Of a stretch of DNA of 32,000 nucleotides, positions 1 through 9,015 are shown in pieces. Made by a program: the position numbers and the translations under genes. Source of the DNA: Promethearchaeota archaeon (GTDB taxonomy: Archaea > Asgardarchaeota > Thorarchaeia > Thorarchaeales > Thorarchaeaceae). The DNA lies in assembly GCA_027031765.1 (NCBI GenBank), contig JALVPN010000040.1, positions 1-32,000 on the forward strand, written 5' to 3'. How positions within the stretch are numbered: position 1 is the first letter of the stretch; every line of letters starts with the position of its first letter. The notes below the pieces were generated by a model. That model saw only the letters and a program-made list of their open reading frames with translations. It made no database searches and was not told the origin of the DNA.

Positions 1-2
1 TG

Positions 3-686
3 CGTGACGGGAGGACACCCCGGGTCTCGTCATATTGCAATGGGTGGGCACTCACGTTCCTGGAATACACACAGCCAAATGAAACAGCTCACGACTATCC
101 CGTCTTCCTGGAGCACTTCCTGAAGGATATATCGATAGACAAGGCATACATCATTGGCACATACAACAACCCAAAGGGGTTCGGGGTGTACGATATTCTT
201 GGCACCCTGTTCACAATGGCGCTCGCCAAGCAGAGAGGGGACTACAGTACACTCGCCCGACTCAAGGCGTTCATGTTCGACGGGTTCAACAGGGTCTGGT
301 CGCCAAATGGGCGGGAAATGCACTATGACACCCTTGCGGTGGAACCGTTCTTTCAAGTGCCACTCTCCTTTGCCCGGGTCTGGGCAGGCACACCAGTGAC
401 CATCAGAGACCTGACAACACCGTACGAGGACGGGTTCTGGGACTACCCGTATATTGGCTCTGCAGACGACGACAGAATCTGGGTGTACCAAGCACAGTGG
501 GATCCCGCCAAGGAGGGGTTCATCCTGAACATCCGTGTCGACCAAGAGGCCACATTGACATTCAGTAACTTTGACCACACGCCAGAGGCATTCTCTGGAG
601 GCGCCTCACTCGGGGAGCTGACCGGAGTGGACGGTGACTTTGAGCTGGTCCTTGAGCCGGGGGTATACAATATTGTGATTGTTTGA
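3..686 (+). CDS. Linalool dehydratase/isomerase (LinD/Lis)-like protein, C-terminal part (5'-truncated by the window)
   Basis: The frame is open from nt 3, well upstream of the tracked GTG at 186. VSSYCNGWALTFLE..YPVFLEHF and GTLFTMALAKQRGDYSTL resemble remembered LinD segments (ISAYTTAWTLAMV..YPRFKQTF; ASAFTLLLAREMGDQQLF). A beta-rich tail follows. Confidence 0.55.
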   Translation, partial: RDGRTPRVSSYCNGWALTFLEYTQPNETAHDYPVFLEHFLKDISIDKAYIIGTYNNPKGFGVYDILGTLFTMALAKQRGDYSTLARLKAFMFDGFNRVWSPNGREMHYDTLAVEPFFQVPLSFARVWAGTPVTIRDLTTPYEDGFWDYPYIGSADDDRIWVYQAQWDPAKEGFILNIRVDQEATLTFSNFDHTPEAFSGGASLGELTGVDGDFELVLEPGVYNIVIV

Positions 687-700
687 GGGGGTGAGAAAGG

Positions 701-1312
701 GTGGAGAGCAGCGCAAATGGGACACAGGTACAGAGTGCGAGGGCAGAAGTACTGAGACGTCTACACTGTCAGGGCACAGGGGAGGCAGCATGGACCATGT
801 CAGCTGCTGTTGTCGGGGCCATACTGTATGTTGCAATATCAATGGTCGAAATGCCATACCAGGTCGTGTTCCTCTTCAAGTTAGAGTGGCTCCCAGCCCT
901 GGCCCTCATCGCTGGCCTGGGTGCGATAAGAGGATCTGCTGCGGGCTTCTTTGCAGGGTATGCAGGGTCGCTTGCACATGGCATGATTGCCTATGGACAC
1001 GTAGCGCCATGGACACTGCCGAGCGCTGCAATCGGCGCAATTGGTCTGGTGACAGGGGCTGCAGAATACGATTTCTCGTCTAGCATGTCCCGCGTCAAGC
1101 TATCGCTGGTCGCACTTACAGGCCTCATGTTTGCAGTGCTCCTCACGACGGCAGTCGATCTGTTTGTCTATGAAACGTCAGCAATTGCAGTGCTTGGGTT
1201 CTACACAGTCCCTACACTGTCAGCAGGGATACCATCGGTAACAGTCCTTACACCTCTAGTTGCTGGGGTGTGGCAGGTGGCGTATGACAGATGGTACGCA
1301 GCCCACTTGTAA
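701..1312 (+). CDS. ECF transporter S-component-like membrane protein
   Basis: About 200 aa with 5-6 hydrophobic helices and an LPALALIAGLGAIRGSAAGFFAGYAG (AxxxG-rich) pattern typical of S components. The start could be 701 (GTG) or 797 (ATG). Confidence 0.6.
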   Translation: MESSANGTQVQSARAEVLRRLHCQGTGEAAWTMSAAVVGAILYVAISMVEMPYQVVFLFKLEWLPALALIAGLGAIRGSAAGFFAGYAGSLAHGMIAYGHVAPWTLPSAAIGAIGLVTGAAEYDFSSSMSRVKLSLVALTGLMFAVLLTTAVDLFVYETSAIAVLGFYTVPTLSAGIPSVTVLTPLVAGVWQVAYDRWYAAHL

Positions 1313-1335
1313 GAGAGCAGGTACGGCCCCATACG

Positions 1336-2400
1336 ATGGGTGCAGCACCGACCATGCCAGCAGTGCTACGTGACCGGGATGTGTTCCAAGATGCAGTGGG
1401 TGGCATCTACGTGGCCATTGGGCACATCCAGCCGACTGCACGGACAGTTTCGTATCTGAAGTATGTGCCAGACCCACATGGCAGATGGCAGGTACAAGGC
1501 AGGAGGTATCGACGCGTCTTCAGCAACAGTGCAAAGTCAGTCGCTGATGCAATGCACTTGGTACCGGGGGCATATCTTGTCGAGGATAGGCATTTCAATA
1601 CGGTAATGGTGGAAGTGCCACACAGTTGCGTTGTGGAGTACTACTCTCCAGAGGCTAGGCTCGCAGAAATCATTGACAGTGGGCCAGGGGACAGGTTGGA
1701 AGGGATTGCAGCCACCATTGCAATGACTATCCACGACCTGCTTGGAGTCCCGTTCAGTGCAATGGGAGTCACAGGGAGCATAGCATGGAGAGCACACGAC
1801 CCCAGCCGGTCTGACGTCAACTTCAATGTATATGGGTATGATGTGGCACACCAGCTGGTCTCGCAACGCGGACTTGTCGTATCAGAAGACCACAGGATAC
1901 GGCTCCGGCGTGGAAAGGACTGGACCGGCTCAGTCCAGCACATTGTCGACCGCGTGGACGGCATGTCAGTTTCCGACATACAGGCACTCTATGCCCGGAA
2001 GACCGAGTTCGTCTGTGATGGGCAGTATGTCACAGTGATGCCGGTGCTGCGACCCCATGAGTCGCCAGTCCAGTATGGTATGGAGTCCTACCATAGACTT
2101 GTGGATGGCACAGTGCGGGTGACACTTCAGGTTGAAGACGACAGGTACGGGATATTCATGCCTGCGATATACACGACATCCTCACGGCCACTAGACATAA
2201 CGGGCGGGAACAGGATAACGCGTCTGATGATATATGATGGCAGCTTCAGGGACACGCTACGCACGGGTGACGTAGTCCAGGTGCAGGGCACGTTGCAACG
2301 CGTCGTACACAGTACCGGAAGTGTGTCATTTCAGATGATGGTCGGGACTATGCAGGGCTGTGGGCACGAGTACATCAGACTCACAGGTCATGGTCGGTAG
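1336..2400 (+). CDS. Archaeal nucleotidyltransferase-domain protein (COG1665/AF1967-like)
   Basis: N-terminal RDRD..YLKYVP motif, a GVTGS..SDVN pol-beta-like motif and an OB-like C-terminus. The start is at 1336 or 1354, because the tracked 1291 overlaps the upstream gene. Confidence 0.7.
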   Translation: MGAAPTMPAVLRDRDVFQDAVGGIYVAIGHIQPTARTVSYLKYVPDPHGRWQVQGRRYRRVFSNSAKSVADAMHLVPGAYLVEDRHFNTVMVEVPHSCVVEYYSPEARLAEIIDSGPGDRLEGIAATIAMTIHDLLGVPFSAMGVTGSIAWRAHDPSRSDVNFNVYGYDVAHQLVSQRGLVVSEDHRIRLRRGKDWTGSVQHIVDRVDGMSVSDIQALYARKTEFVCDGQYVTVMPVLRPHESPVQYGMESYHRLVDGTVRVTLQVEDDRYGIFMPAIYTTSSRPLDITGGNRITRLMIYDGSFRDTLRTGDVVQVQGTLQRVVHSTGSVSFQMMVGTMQGCGHEYIRLTGHGR

Positions 2401-2442
2401 TGCAGGAAATGGAACTTGGGATGTCGGATAAAGGAGGCGCAG

Positions 2443-3504
2443 ATGATGCCAACTGTTGAGCGCCACTATGTGCAAGTACCTGCTCACCGGGGTGAGGAGG
2501 CCAGACGGGCCCTACTCAATGCCGGCGGACTTGACAACAGCTGCAAAATCGTCAAGACTGACAGTGCCCTGCGGCTCCCACTTGTGAGGGACTTTGATAG
2601 GAGAGAAATTGCGACCATCCTTGGCGAGGAGGGCTTCGATATGGGGGTGGGGGAGTTTGTGAAGAAGCCGACAAAGCCGACGGTGCAAGACCTGCTCAGG
2701 GGTGTGATGGACGACGAGGAAATCCAGCTGCTGCCCCGGGCATTTGACTCGATAGGGGATATTGCAGTCCTTGAGATACCGGATGCCCTGAGCAAGTATG
2801 AACGGCAGATAGGCGAGGCATTCTTGACCGTTCACTCCAGGTTCTCAACAGTACTGGCAAAGGCAAGTGCAATTTCCGGAACGAAACGAGTCCGGGAGTA
2901 CAGACACGTTGCAGGCGTGTGCAAGACACGTACGGTGCACCGGGAGTACGGGTGCCGCCTAGTTGTTGACCTAGCAAAGGCATACTTTAGTCCGCGACTA
3001 CTGGAAGAACATCATAGGGTCGCCACACAGGTGCAGCCGGGAGAAACCGTACTGGACATGTTCACAGGCGTCGGCCCTTTTGCAATACACATTGCGAGTA
3101 GACAGCGTGCGTATGTGATTGCAGTTGATATCAACCCCGACGCAATAGACCTGCTCAGACAGAGCATGGCCCTGAACAGACTCCGGGGGACGATTGAGCC
3201 TGTTGTGGCCGATGCACACGCATACTGTGGACTCATGACCCCCCACTCGGTGGATCGGGTGATAATGAACCACCCGACAGGTGCTGCTGACTTCGTCCAC
3301 GACGCATGTAGGGTGTTGCGGGAGGGTGGAGTCATGCACTACTACGACTTTGCTGCCGAACCAGACCCAGAGGAAAGAGTATTGGGCAGGCTCAGGGAGC
3401 GCGTCGGACAGTGTAGAAGGCGCACAGAAACCCTCGCAACCCGCCGGGTCAGGAACAGTGCACCCCACGAGTATCAGGTGGCCGTCGACATCAGGATCCT
3501 TTGA
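2443..3504 (+). CDS. trm5: tRNA (guanine-37 N1)-methyltransferase, Trm5b-like
   Basis: FDSIGDIAV, YFSPRL, DMFTGVGPF, IMNHP and HYY motifs, with the N-terminal D1 domain present. GGAGG SD at 2433-2437. Confidence 0.9.
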   Translation: MMPTVERHYVQVPAHRGEEARRALLNAGGLDNSCKIVKTDSALRLPLVRDFDRREIATILGEEGFDMGVGEFVKKPTKPTVQDLLRGVMDDEEIQLLPRAFDSIGDIAVLEIPDALSKYERQIGEAFLTVHSRFSTVLAKASAISGTKRVREYRHVAGVCKTRTVHREYGCRLVVDLAKAYFSPRLLEEHHRVATQVQPGETVLDMFTGVGPFAIHIASRQRAYVIAVDINPDAIDLLRQSMALNRLRGTIEPVVADAHAYCGLMTPHSVDRVIMNHPTGAADFVHDACRVLREGGVMHYYDFAAEPDPEERVLGRLRERVGQCRRRTETLATRRVRNSAPHEYQVAVDIRIL

Positions 3505-3928
3505 AAAAAGCGACCTCGCAGTGAATGGTGGTCTCAGGGTTGCGGAGCTCGACTACGAACTGGCGGTCAAGGTCGCATGCAGCCTTATCAGCATGAATCA
3601 TGAGGGTGCGTCCGCACTGAAAGTCACTCCTCCGTACTACCATGCTCACTGGGCTCTGGTAGGACAGCCCACTGCCACCCCAGCCCCAGACCACCTCTGA
3701 AACACCGTTCGCAGTCATGGACAGCCGGATCCGTGTGTCAGGAGACAACACCAGCCGGCGTGTGGCAGCATCAAAGTCACATAGCGCCTTCGTGGCACGT
3801 ACCGCGATGATGCATGTGCCACGAGGGGTGAGTACCTCCTCCGTGGTGATCTCGAACGTCGTCCTGTGCTCTGCAATGACATTGACATGACCATATGCTG
3901 TGAAACGTACAGTCCGGACTGCTGCCAT
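3491..3928 (-). CDS. DUF371 family protein
   Basis: GHVNV.AEHRTTFEIT.E..LTPRGTCII and RRSDF..RTL.I.ADKAA.DLDR family signatures. Confidence 0.85.
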   Translation of the reverse strand: MAAVRTVRFTAYGHVNVIAEHRTTFEITTEEVLTPRGTCIIAVRATKALCDFDAATRRLVLSPDTRIRLSMTANGVSEVVWGWGGSGLSYQSPVSMVVRRSDFQCGRTLMIHADKAACDLDRQFVVELRNPETTIHCEVAFFKGS

Positions 3929-3941
3929 GTCAACCTCAACC

Positions 3942-3947
3942 TTTTAT
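3942..3947 (+). promoter_or_regulatory. TATA box for pcm (probably a leaderless transcript)
   Basis: AACC-TTTTAT lies about 30 nt upstream of the ATG at 3978, in a 49-nt divergent gap. Confidence 0.55.
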
Positions 3948-3977
3948 CGCTGGTCATACACAAGGGATTCGATTCAC

Positions 3978-4649
3978 ATGCCCGGTCATGAGAGTGACCT
4001 TGAGCGGCTGATCAACCGCCTGAGGAAACAGGGCTACCTGAACAACAGCAGGTTGGAACATGCACTCCGGGTCGTCCCAAGGCATGAGTTTGTCCCAGCA
4101 GGTGTGAGGAGTGCTGCATATCATGACACTCCGCTCCCAATTGGTTCGGGTCAGACGATATCGGCACCACATATGTGTGTTATAATGTGTGAGGCCCTAA
4201 AGCTATCGGAGGGGCACACCGTACTGGAGGTGGGCACGGGCTCGGGATACCACGCTGCACTGTGTGCCGAACTGGTCGCGCCAGCAGGTACAGAACATCC
4301 CGGCCATGTCTATACAGTGGAGATAATCCAGCAGCTGGCGGACTTTGCTCGGGAAAACCTAGAGCGTATTGGCTACTCGGACAGGGTGACGGTCGTGCAT
4401 GGGGACGGGGGACTTGGGCTGCCGGACTATGCACCATATGACAGAATCCTTGTCGCTGCTGCCGCACCACGCATTCCAGACCCCCTCATCGAGCAGCTCG
4501 CAGAGGGGGGCATAATGGTGATACCAGTTGGGCGCCATGGGTTCTATCAAGAGTTAATGTTGATAGAGAAGGGAACCGGCGACGAAATCCGCACGAGACG
4601 GTGGGGCGGAGTCGCATTTGTCCCCCTGACTGGAAAGTATGGACGCTAG
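3978..4649 (+). CDS. pcm: Protein-L-isoaspartate O-methyltransferase
   Basis: VPRHEFV, GQTISAPHM, VLEVGTGSGYHAA, APYDRI and FVPL motifs. The start was moved to ATG 3978. Confidence 0.95.
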   Translation: MPGHESDLERLINRLRKQGYLNNSRLEHALRVVPRHEFVPAGVRSAAYHDTPLPIGSGQTISAPHMCVIMCEALKLSEGHTVLEVGTGSGYHAALCAELVAPAGTEHPGHVYTVEIIQQLADFARENLERIGYSDRVTVVHGDGGLGLPDYAPYDRILVAAAAPRIPDPLIEQLAEGGIMVIPVGRHGFYQELMLIEKGTGDEIRTRRWGGVAFVPLTGKYGR

Positions 4650-5326
4650 GCGGCCTTGTGAAGCGGCACGAGTGTCAACTTGATGACGCTGTTGTCATTC
4701 AGGCCGAGGTGCTCCCGGAGGTTGACTGGAGCAATCACCTCCAAGATGTCCTCGCTGTGATGCGTCCTCTGCGCAACGACCACGGCACCGTTGATTGCGT
4801 CGTTCACACAGACGCGGTAGCAGAGTACGTCACCGAAGGTGCGCCCCTCATGGGCGAACCCCTGCACTACGAGAGGGGGGCCCTGACGCATCCTAGCAAC
4901 TGAACGGAGCGACTCACTATCATCCACTTTGACGTTCAGGGTGCCGGGAAATGGTCTGAACCCCAAGGCCTGATGGAACCGTGAGGAATAGATCTCCACA
5001 TAGTATGCCCCTTCACCCAGTCCAGTGACAAGACGGCCCCAGATGATGGTCTCCTCTTCAGGGTGCATGAGGGCAAACTCCAGGCCGTGGAACACATCTG
5101 ATAACTCGTTCAGACCACGGTCAGAAATCCGCACAATCATACCCGAAGACGTATGTGTACGGATCACGAGGCCTTCCTGCGCGCACCTTGCAAGTCGACG
5201 TGACGCGGTCTGCTGGCTGACGCTCATCAACTGGCCGAGTTCATTTGTAGTCATGGGAACAGGCCTCTGGACTGCACCCCTAGTTGCGAGTACATACAGT
5301 GTGAACCAGAGGTCAGGGTCAATCAT
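4646..5326 (-). CDS. ribK: CTP-dependent riboflavin kinase with N-terminal winged HTH (RbkR-type)
   Basis: SQQTASRRL HTH, followed by GLGEGAYY, PFPGTLN and LEVIAPVNLR kinase motifs. Confidence 0.92.
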   Translation of the reverse strand: MIDPDLWFTLYVLATRGAVQRPVPMTTNELGQLMSVSQQTASRRLARCAQEGLVIRTHTSSGMIVRISDRGLNELSDVFHGLEFALMHPEEETIIWGRLVTGLGEGAYYVEIYSSRFHQALGFRPFPGTLNVKVDDSESLRSVARMRQGPPLVVQGFAHEGRTFGDVLCYRVCVNDAINGAVVVAQRTHHSEDILEVIAPVNLREHLGLNDNSVIKLTLVPLHKAA

Positions 5327-5976
5327 GGTCCATCCGTCCTCCTCAGACCACTGTCAACAGGACCTTTCGTAGCCCTGAGCCTGCTCATGAGCCGCATGCT
5401 GAGGACAGCATTGGTCACATCACCGCGGGTACGTTCCACCAGCAGACGTGCAACATCGCACTTACGGCGCAGATCTGGGAGCAGCGAGTTGGGATAATCG
5501 AAGGTCACCAGCTCGTCCAGTATCTGTTCCATGTAGGACAACAGCCGCTCGGCCTCTTCAGTGGCCTCCCGTCGGACGGCGTCGAGTGCGGCGCGACGTA
5601 GCTCGCCCACGACATCTGCGAGGCCGGTCAGATATGCGCGTGACGGGACGTTATACTTTGATGGTGGCACCAGAACCCCCTCAAGAAGGAGGGAGATGAG
5701 GTTTGCAGCCTCTGTCAGCTCCTGATATGCTGTATTGAGGAGCCTTGAACGTGACAGGAAGTCGCTCCGCTCCATCTCGGCCTGCGCACGGGAGGTGGCC
5801 TGATACGCCTCCTCAAGGAGAGCGAGTGCACTCTCAAAGTCGCGTCGGTGCGCGTTCTTGATTGAACGACCACATGCGCGCACGGCCTGCCGGACAAGTG
5901 GCAGCACGGCCTCACGCACCTGTTCGTCACTTTCTAGCTCTGCACGGATTGGCTGAAGAACCTCAGATAGCTGCAT
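5323..5976 (-). CDS. Translin/Trax (C3PO) family protein
   Basis: YQELTEA, YLTGLADVVGELRR and LRRKCD motifs. Its stop overlaps the ribK start by 4 nt (ATGA). Confidence 0.85.
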   Translation of the reverse strand: MQLSEVLQPIRAELESDEQVREAVLPLVRQAVRACGRSIKNAHRRDFESALALLEEAYQATSRAQAEMERSDFLSRSRLLNTAYQELTEAANLISLLLEGVLVPPSKYNVPSRAYLTGLADVVGELRRAALDAVRREATEEAERLLSYMEQILDELVTFDYPNSLLPDLRRKCDVARLLVERTRGDVTNAVLSMRLMSRLRATKGPVDSGLRRTDGP

Positions 5977-5994
5977 CCAAACACCACCCGATGT

Positions 5995-6960
5995 TCAGTC
6001 CAGTCGCCTTATGTGTTTGTCCCGTGATAGCAGCACAACCCGACTCGCGACCAGTTCGTCCAGTAGATAGTACCCAGTCAGGGCCGCGAGCTTCTCAGAG
6101 AATGCACGGATGTCAGCATGAGAGGGGGAGTTGTCTGCACTGAGGCGCCCCCTTGAGGCCCCAAGGAACATATATCCCTTGACCTCCACAAAGTCCGGCT
6201 CCCCCAGCAATACAAGGTCGGCGTAACCGCGGGGGTCGGACATATTGTACTTGGAGACCAAGGTGAGCCGGTTGGCGCGCCGGCATGTCAGGGACTGGAG
6301 GAGTTCTTGTGTGACAAGTAGGCGTGACCACAGCCCGCGTCTGAGGGGGCGGCATACCCGTCGGTATGTGTCCTCGTCCGGCGCCGCCAGTGTGACATAT
6401 AGCTGCGTTGGTTGCTGGATGTCCGCAACAACATTGGGGCGCGTGCCGTTGGTGACAAGGAAGGAGGTCATTCCCCGTCGGCCAATCAGCTCGATAAACT
6501 CACTGAGAAAGGGGTACAAGGTCGGCTCGCCCGCAAGCGATATTGCCACATGACGGGGGTCGCGTGCTTCCTCGTACTTCCGCGGCTCCACGGAGGGGTT
6601 TGTCGACGGGTTGTATCCACCGAGAGAGCGCAGGTTTGCAGCTAGGGTGGCCTTGAGCAAGTCCTCTGGTGGCAGCACATCGCTCCAATCCACAGTTGTC
6701 TGATCCCATCGCACACCCACATCCTGAGGGGTAACACGCCAACAGAAGACACAGCTCTGAGTGCACTTGTCGACCACCGGCGTCATCTGTACACAGCGGT
6801 GGGACTCAATCCCATAGAACCGCTGTTTGTAACACACATCACCGGTGACCAGACTCTTTCGTTGCCACTGGCAGGCCTTGAAGGCACCCCGCACACCGAG
6901 CAGGTGATACCCCTGTTGTCTTAACCGTGTTTCGAGTTTGGGGGGCATCTCGGATGACAT
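5995..6960 (-). CDS. tyw1: 4-demethylwyosine synthase (radical SAM)
   Basis: KACQW..CYKQRFYGIESHRC, CTQSCVFCWR, SLAGEPTLY and EVKGYM motifs. Confidence 0.95.
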   Translation of the reverse strand: MSSEMPPKLETRLRQQGYHLLGVRGAFKACQWQRKSLVTGDVCYKQRFYGIESHRCVQMTPVVDKCTQSCVFCWRVTPQDVGVRWDQTTVDWSDVLPPEDLLKATLAANLRSLGGYNPSTNPSVEPRKYEEARDPRHVAISLAGEPTLYPFLSEFIELIGRRGMTSFLVTNGTRPNVVADIQQPTQLYVTLAAPDEDTYRRVCRPLRRGLWSRLLVTQELLQSLTCRRANRLTLVSKYNMSDPRGYADLVLLGEPDFVEVKGYMFLGASRGRLSADNSPSHADIRAFSEKLAALTGYYLLDELVASRVVLLSRDKHIRRLD

Positions 6961-7091
6961 TGGCCTTGCAGCAGGTCGCAGTGCTACTTATCAGGGTTTT
7001 CAGGGTGTCATCAACCAGGATGGGACACACCACGCACACGAGGCCTACACATGGCGTTGTCAGGCATGACGGCACAGCCGGGAACCACAGG

Positions 7092-8348
7092 TCACTGCGG
7101 GGATGCAACACGCCGTGCCAGGTCTTCTTGGACGCCCCAAGAACCCGTAAGGACGCCACGTCGTGCGAGGTCTCCAAGGACTTCACGACACCTGCGGTCC
7201 AGGTGGCCGGGGGGCATGTTCTCGAATGCGCTGCCGGGGAGCGGCATAAACACATGGGCGTGGATCATGGCACCCATCTCGACGAGGTCGTAGCAGAGTT
7301 CCAAGCTCGCACTGACATCGGCCTGCGACTCGCCAGGCAGTCCGAAGATCATGTCAACGTGCGGTACAAAACCACAGTCCAGGGCGATACGCACTGCATC
7401 AACACCCTGTGCAACCGTATGGTTGCGGCCAGCCAGCTGGAGCACTCGGTCGCTCCCAGACTGTACCCCAATCTGCACTGTCTTGTTCGCTACGTACTGT
7501 CTCATCATGTCCAACAACTGTCGGGTCACAAAGTCTGGCCGGACTTCAGAGGGGAAAGACCCGAAGTAGAGCTCCTCAAAGAGAGGGACTGAGGTCACAC
7601 GGCGCAAGAGGCGTTCCATCTTCTCAGGACTGGGGCGCCGGCCATGCCCCCCGTAGCTAAGCGCATTTGGTGACAGGAACCAAGTCCTCTTGAAGCCCCA
7701 CTTGTCGACAGCAAGAGAGAGCCAGTGGACTATAGAGTCAATACTCCGGTGTCTGACACGTCCACCAGTGATGAATGGCGTTGCACAGAACTTGCACCGG
7801 AACGGGCATCCACGTGTCACCTCGATTGGGCCACCAACATTGGTCTTGATTGCGAAAGGCGGGAAGTCATCAAGCCGGACTGTTGGGAGGTCCTTGGGAC
7901 TCGGGTAGCTCTCGTCCTGCTGAGTGACCACACCGGGAATGCCAGCGGGCTCCCGCTCATTGATGACTGCATCGACAAGATCCCTCACGGCCTGCTCGCC
8001 CTCGCCAACAACGACATAGTCGAACCCGTGTGACAGGAGTTCGGACGGCCTTGCCGTCGCGTGAGCGCCCCCACCCACCAAGACAATACTGTCCCCAAAC
8101 TCCTTGCGGATGTACTGCGCCTCTTTGAGGAGCTCCTGACGGGATGTGCTCATGATTGAGTACCCTATGATGAGACGCCGTCGGGCTGCAATCTGGCGTA
8201 CAAGTCCTAGAGAGAAACGGTGTGGTGCTACAATTTCCAGGTCTTGCAGACGCGGGTCTGTTTCGAGTGCACCGATGATGGCGGCCATACTGTACCTGGC
8301 AGTGTTGTGTGTGCGGAACACAAACGTGACATCGCCACTAGCGGTCAA
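7092..8348 (-). CDS. B12-binding domain radical SAM protein (TIGR04013-like)
   Basis: GG.HATA..GEGE B12-binding domain, EVTRGCPFRCKFC, SFPSEVRPD and GVQSGSDRVL motifs. Confidence 0.8.
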   Translation of the reverse strand: MTASGDVTFVFRTHNTARYSMAAIIGALETDPRLQDLEIVAPHRFSLGLVRQIAARRRLIIGYSIMSTSRQELLKEAQYIRKEFGDSIVLVGGGAHATARPSELLSHGFDYVVVGEGEQAVRDLVDAVINEREPAGIPGVVTQQDESYPSPKDLPTVRLDDFPPFAIKTNVGGPIEVTRGCPFRCKFCATPFITGGRVRHRSIDSIVHWLSLAVDKWGFKRTWFLSPNALSYGGHGRRPSPEKMERLLRRVTSVPLFEELYFGSFPSEVRPDFVTRQLLDMMRQYVANKTVQIGVQSGSDRVLQLAGRNHTVAQGVDAVRIALDCGFVPHVDMIFGLPGESQADVSASLELCYDLVEMGAMIHAHVFMPLPGSAFENMPPGHLDRRCREVLGDLARRGVLTGSWGVQEDLARRVASPQ

Positions 8349-8368
8349 AGCGAGCCCGCCACGGTATA

Positions 8369-8962
8369 CTACTCCTCTATGGTCCGCTCGGACACTCCGG
8401 TGTCTGTCACGCTCATGACGTGGATTGTACCACCCGACTGGATGTCACGGGCAATCCCGGCACGTACTGCACGGATAGCGATTTCCTCCGCTTCGGCCAC
8501 TGTCAGGTCGTCCCGGTACTCCGACTCAAGGACTCCGAAGGCTGTACGGGTGCCGGAACCAGCCGCAGTGAAGTCGTCGGGAATCAGGGAGCCCCCCATG
8601 TCCAAGGTGAACAGTGCTGGCCCCTCCTCATCCACACCGACAACAATCGTCTGCACAAATAGGGGCATCAACCTGCGTGCATAGAGTGTGTTAGCAATCA
8701 TCTTTGAAAGGGCCCGCACCGAAATAGGCTTCTTGCGGTTCAATTCGTATAACTTGATCCGGGCCTTCAGCTCGTTGACAAGCATCTGGTAGTCCGAGGT
8801 CAGTCCTGCCGATGCGAGCACAATGGTGTCTGTGAGTTTGAAAGCCTTGACCCCCTTGGTCGACAAGACCATCGTACCCCAACTTATCAGGGAGTCTGTA
8901 GCAACGACCACGCCATCTGTGCACTTGATGCCAACAACTGTTGCACCAGTCGGTAATGCCAT
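8369..8962 (-). CDS. psmB: Proteasome beta subunit, non-catalytic type
   Basis: TG-ATVVGIKCTDGVV, AGLTSDYQ, GSG and RDIQSGG motifs. The start is ATG 8962; the tracked 106-aa extension looks non-coding. Confidence 0.93.
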   Translation of the reverse strand: MALPTGATVVGIKCTDGVVVATDSLISWGTMVLSTKGVKAFKLTDTIVLASAGLTSDYQMLVNELKARIKLYELNRKKPISVRALSKMIANTLYARRLMPLFVQTIVVGVDEEGPALFTLDMGGSLIPDDFTAAGSGTRTAFGVLESEYRDDLTVAEAEEIAIRAVRAGIARDIQSGGTIHVMSVTDTGVSERTIEE

Positions 8963-9009
8963 TAGTAGACCTCTAGAGGCTGATTCGGTAGGACTCTCGG
9001 CCAATCCTC

Positions 9010-9015
9010 TTATAA
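9010..9015. promoter_or_regulatory. TTATAA TATA box, probably for psmB and possibly bidirectional
   Basis: Palindromic TTATAA about 50 nt upstream of the psmB ATG on the minus strand. Confidence 0.55.
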
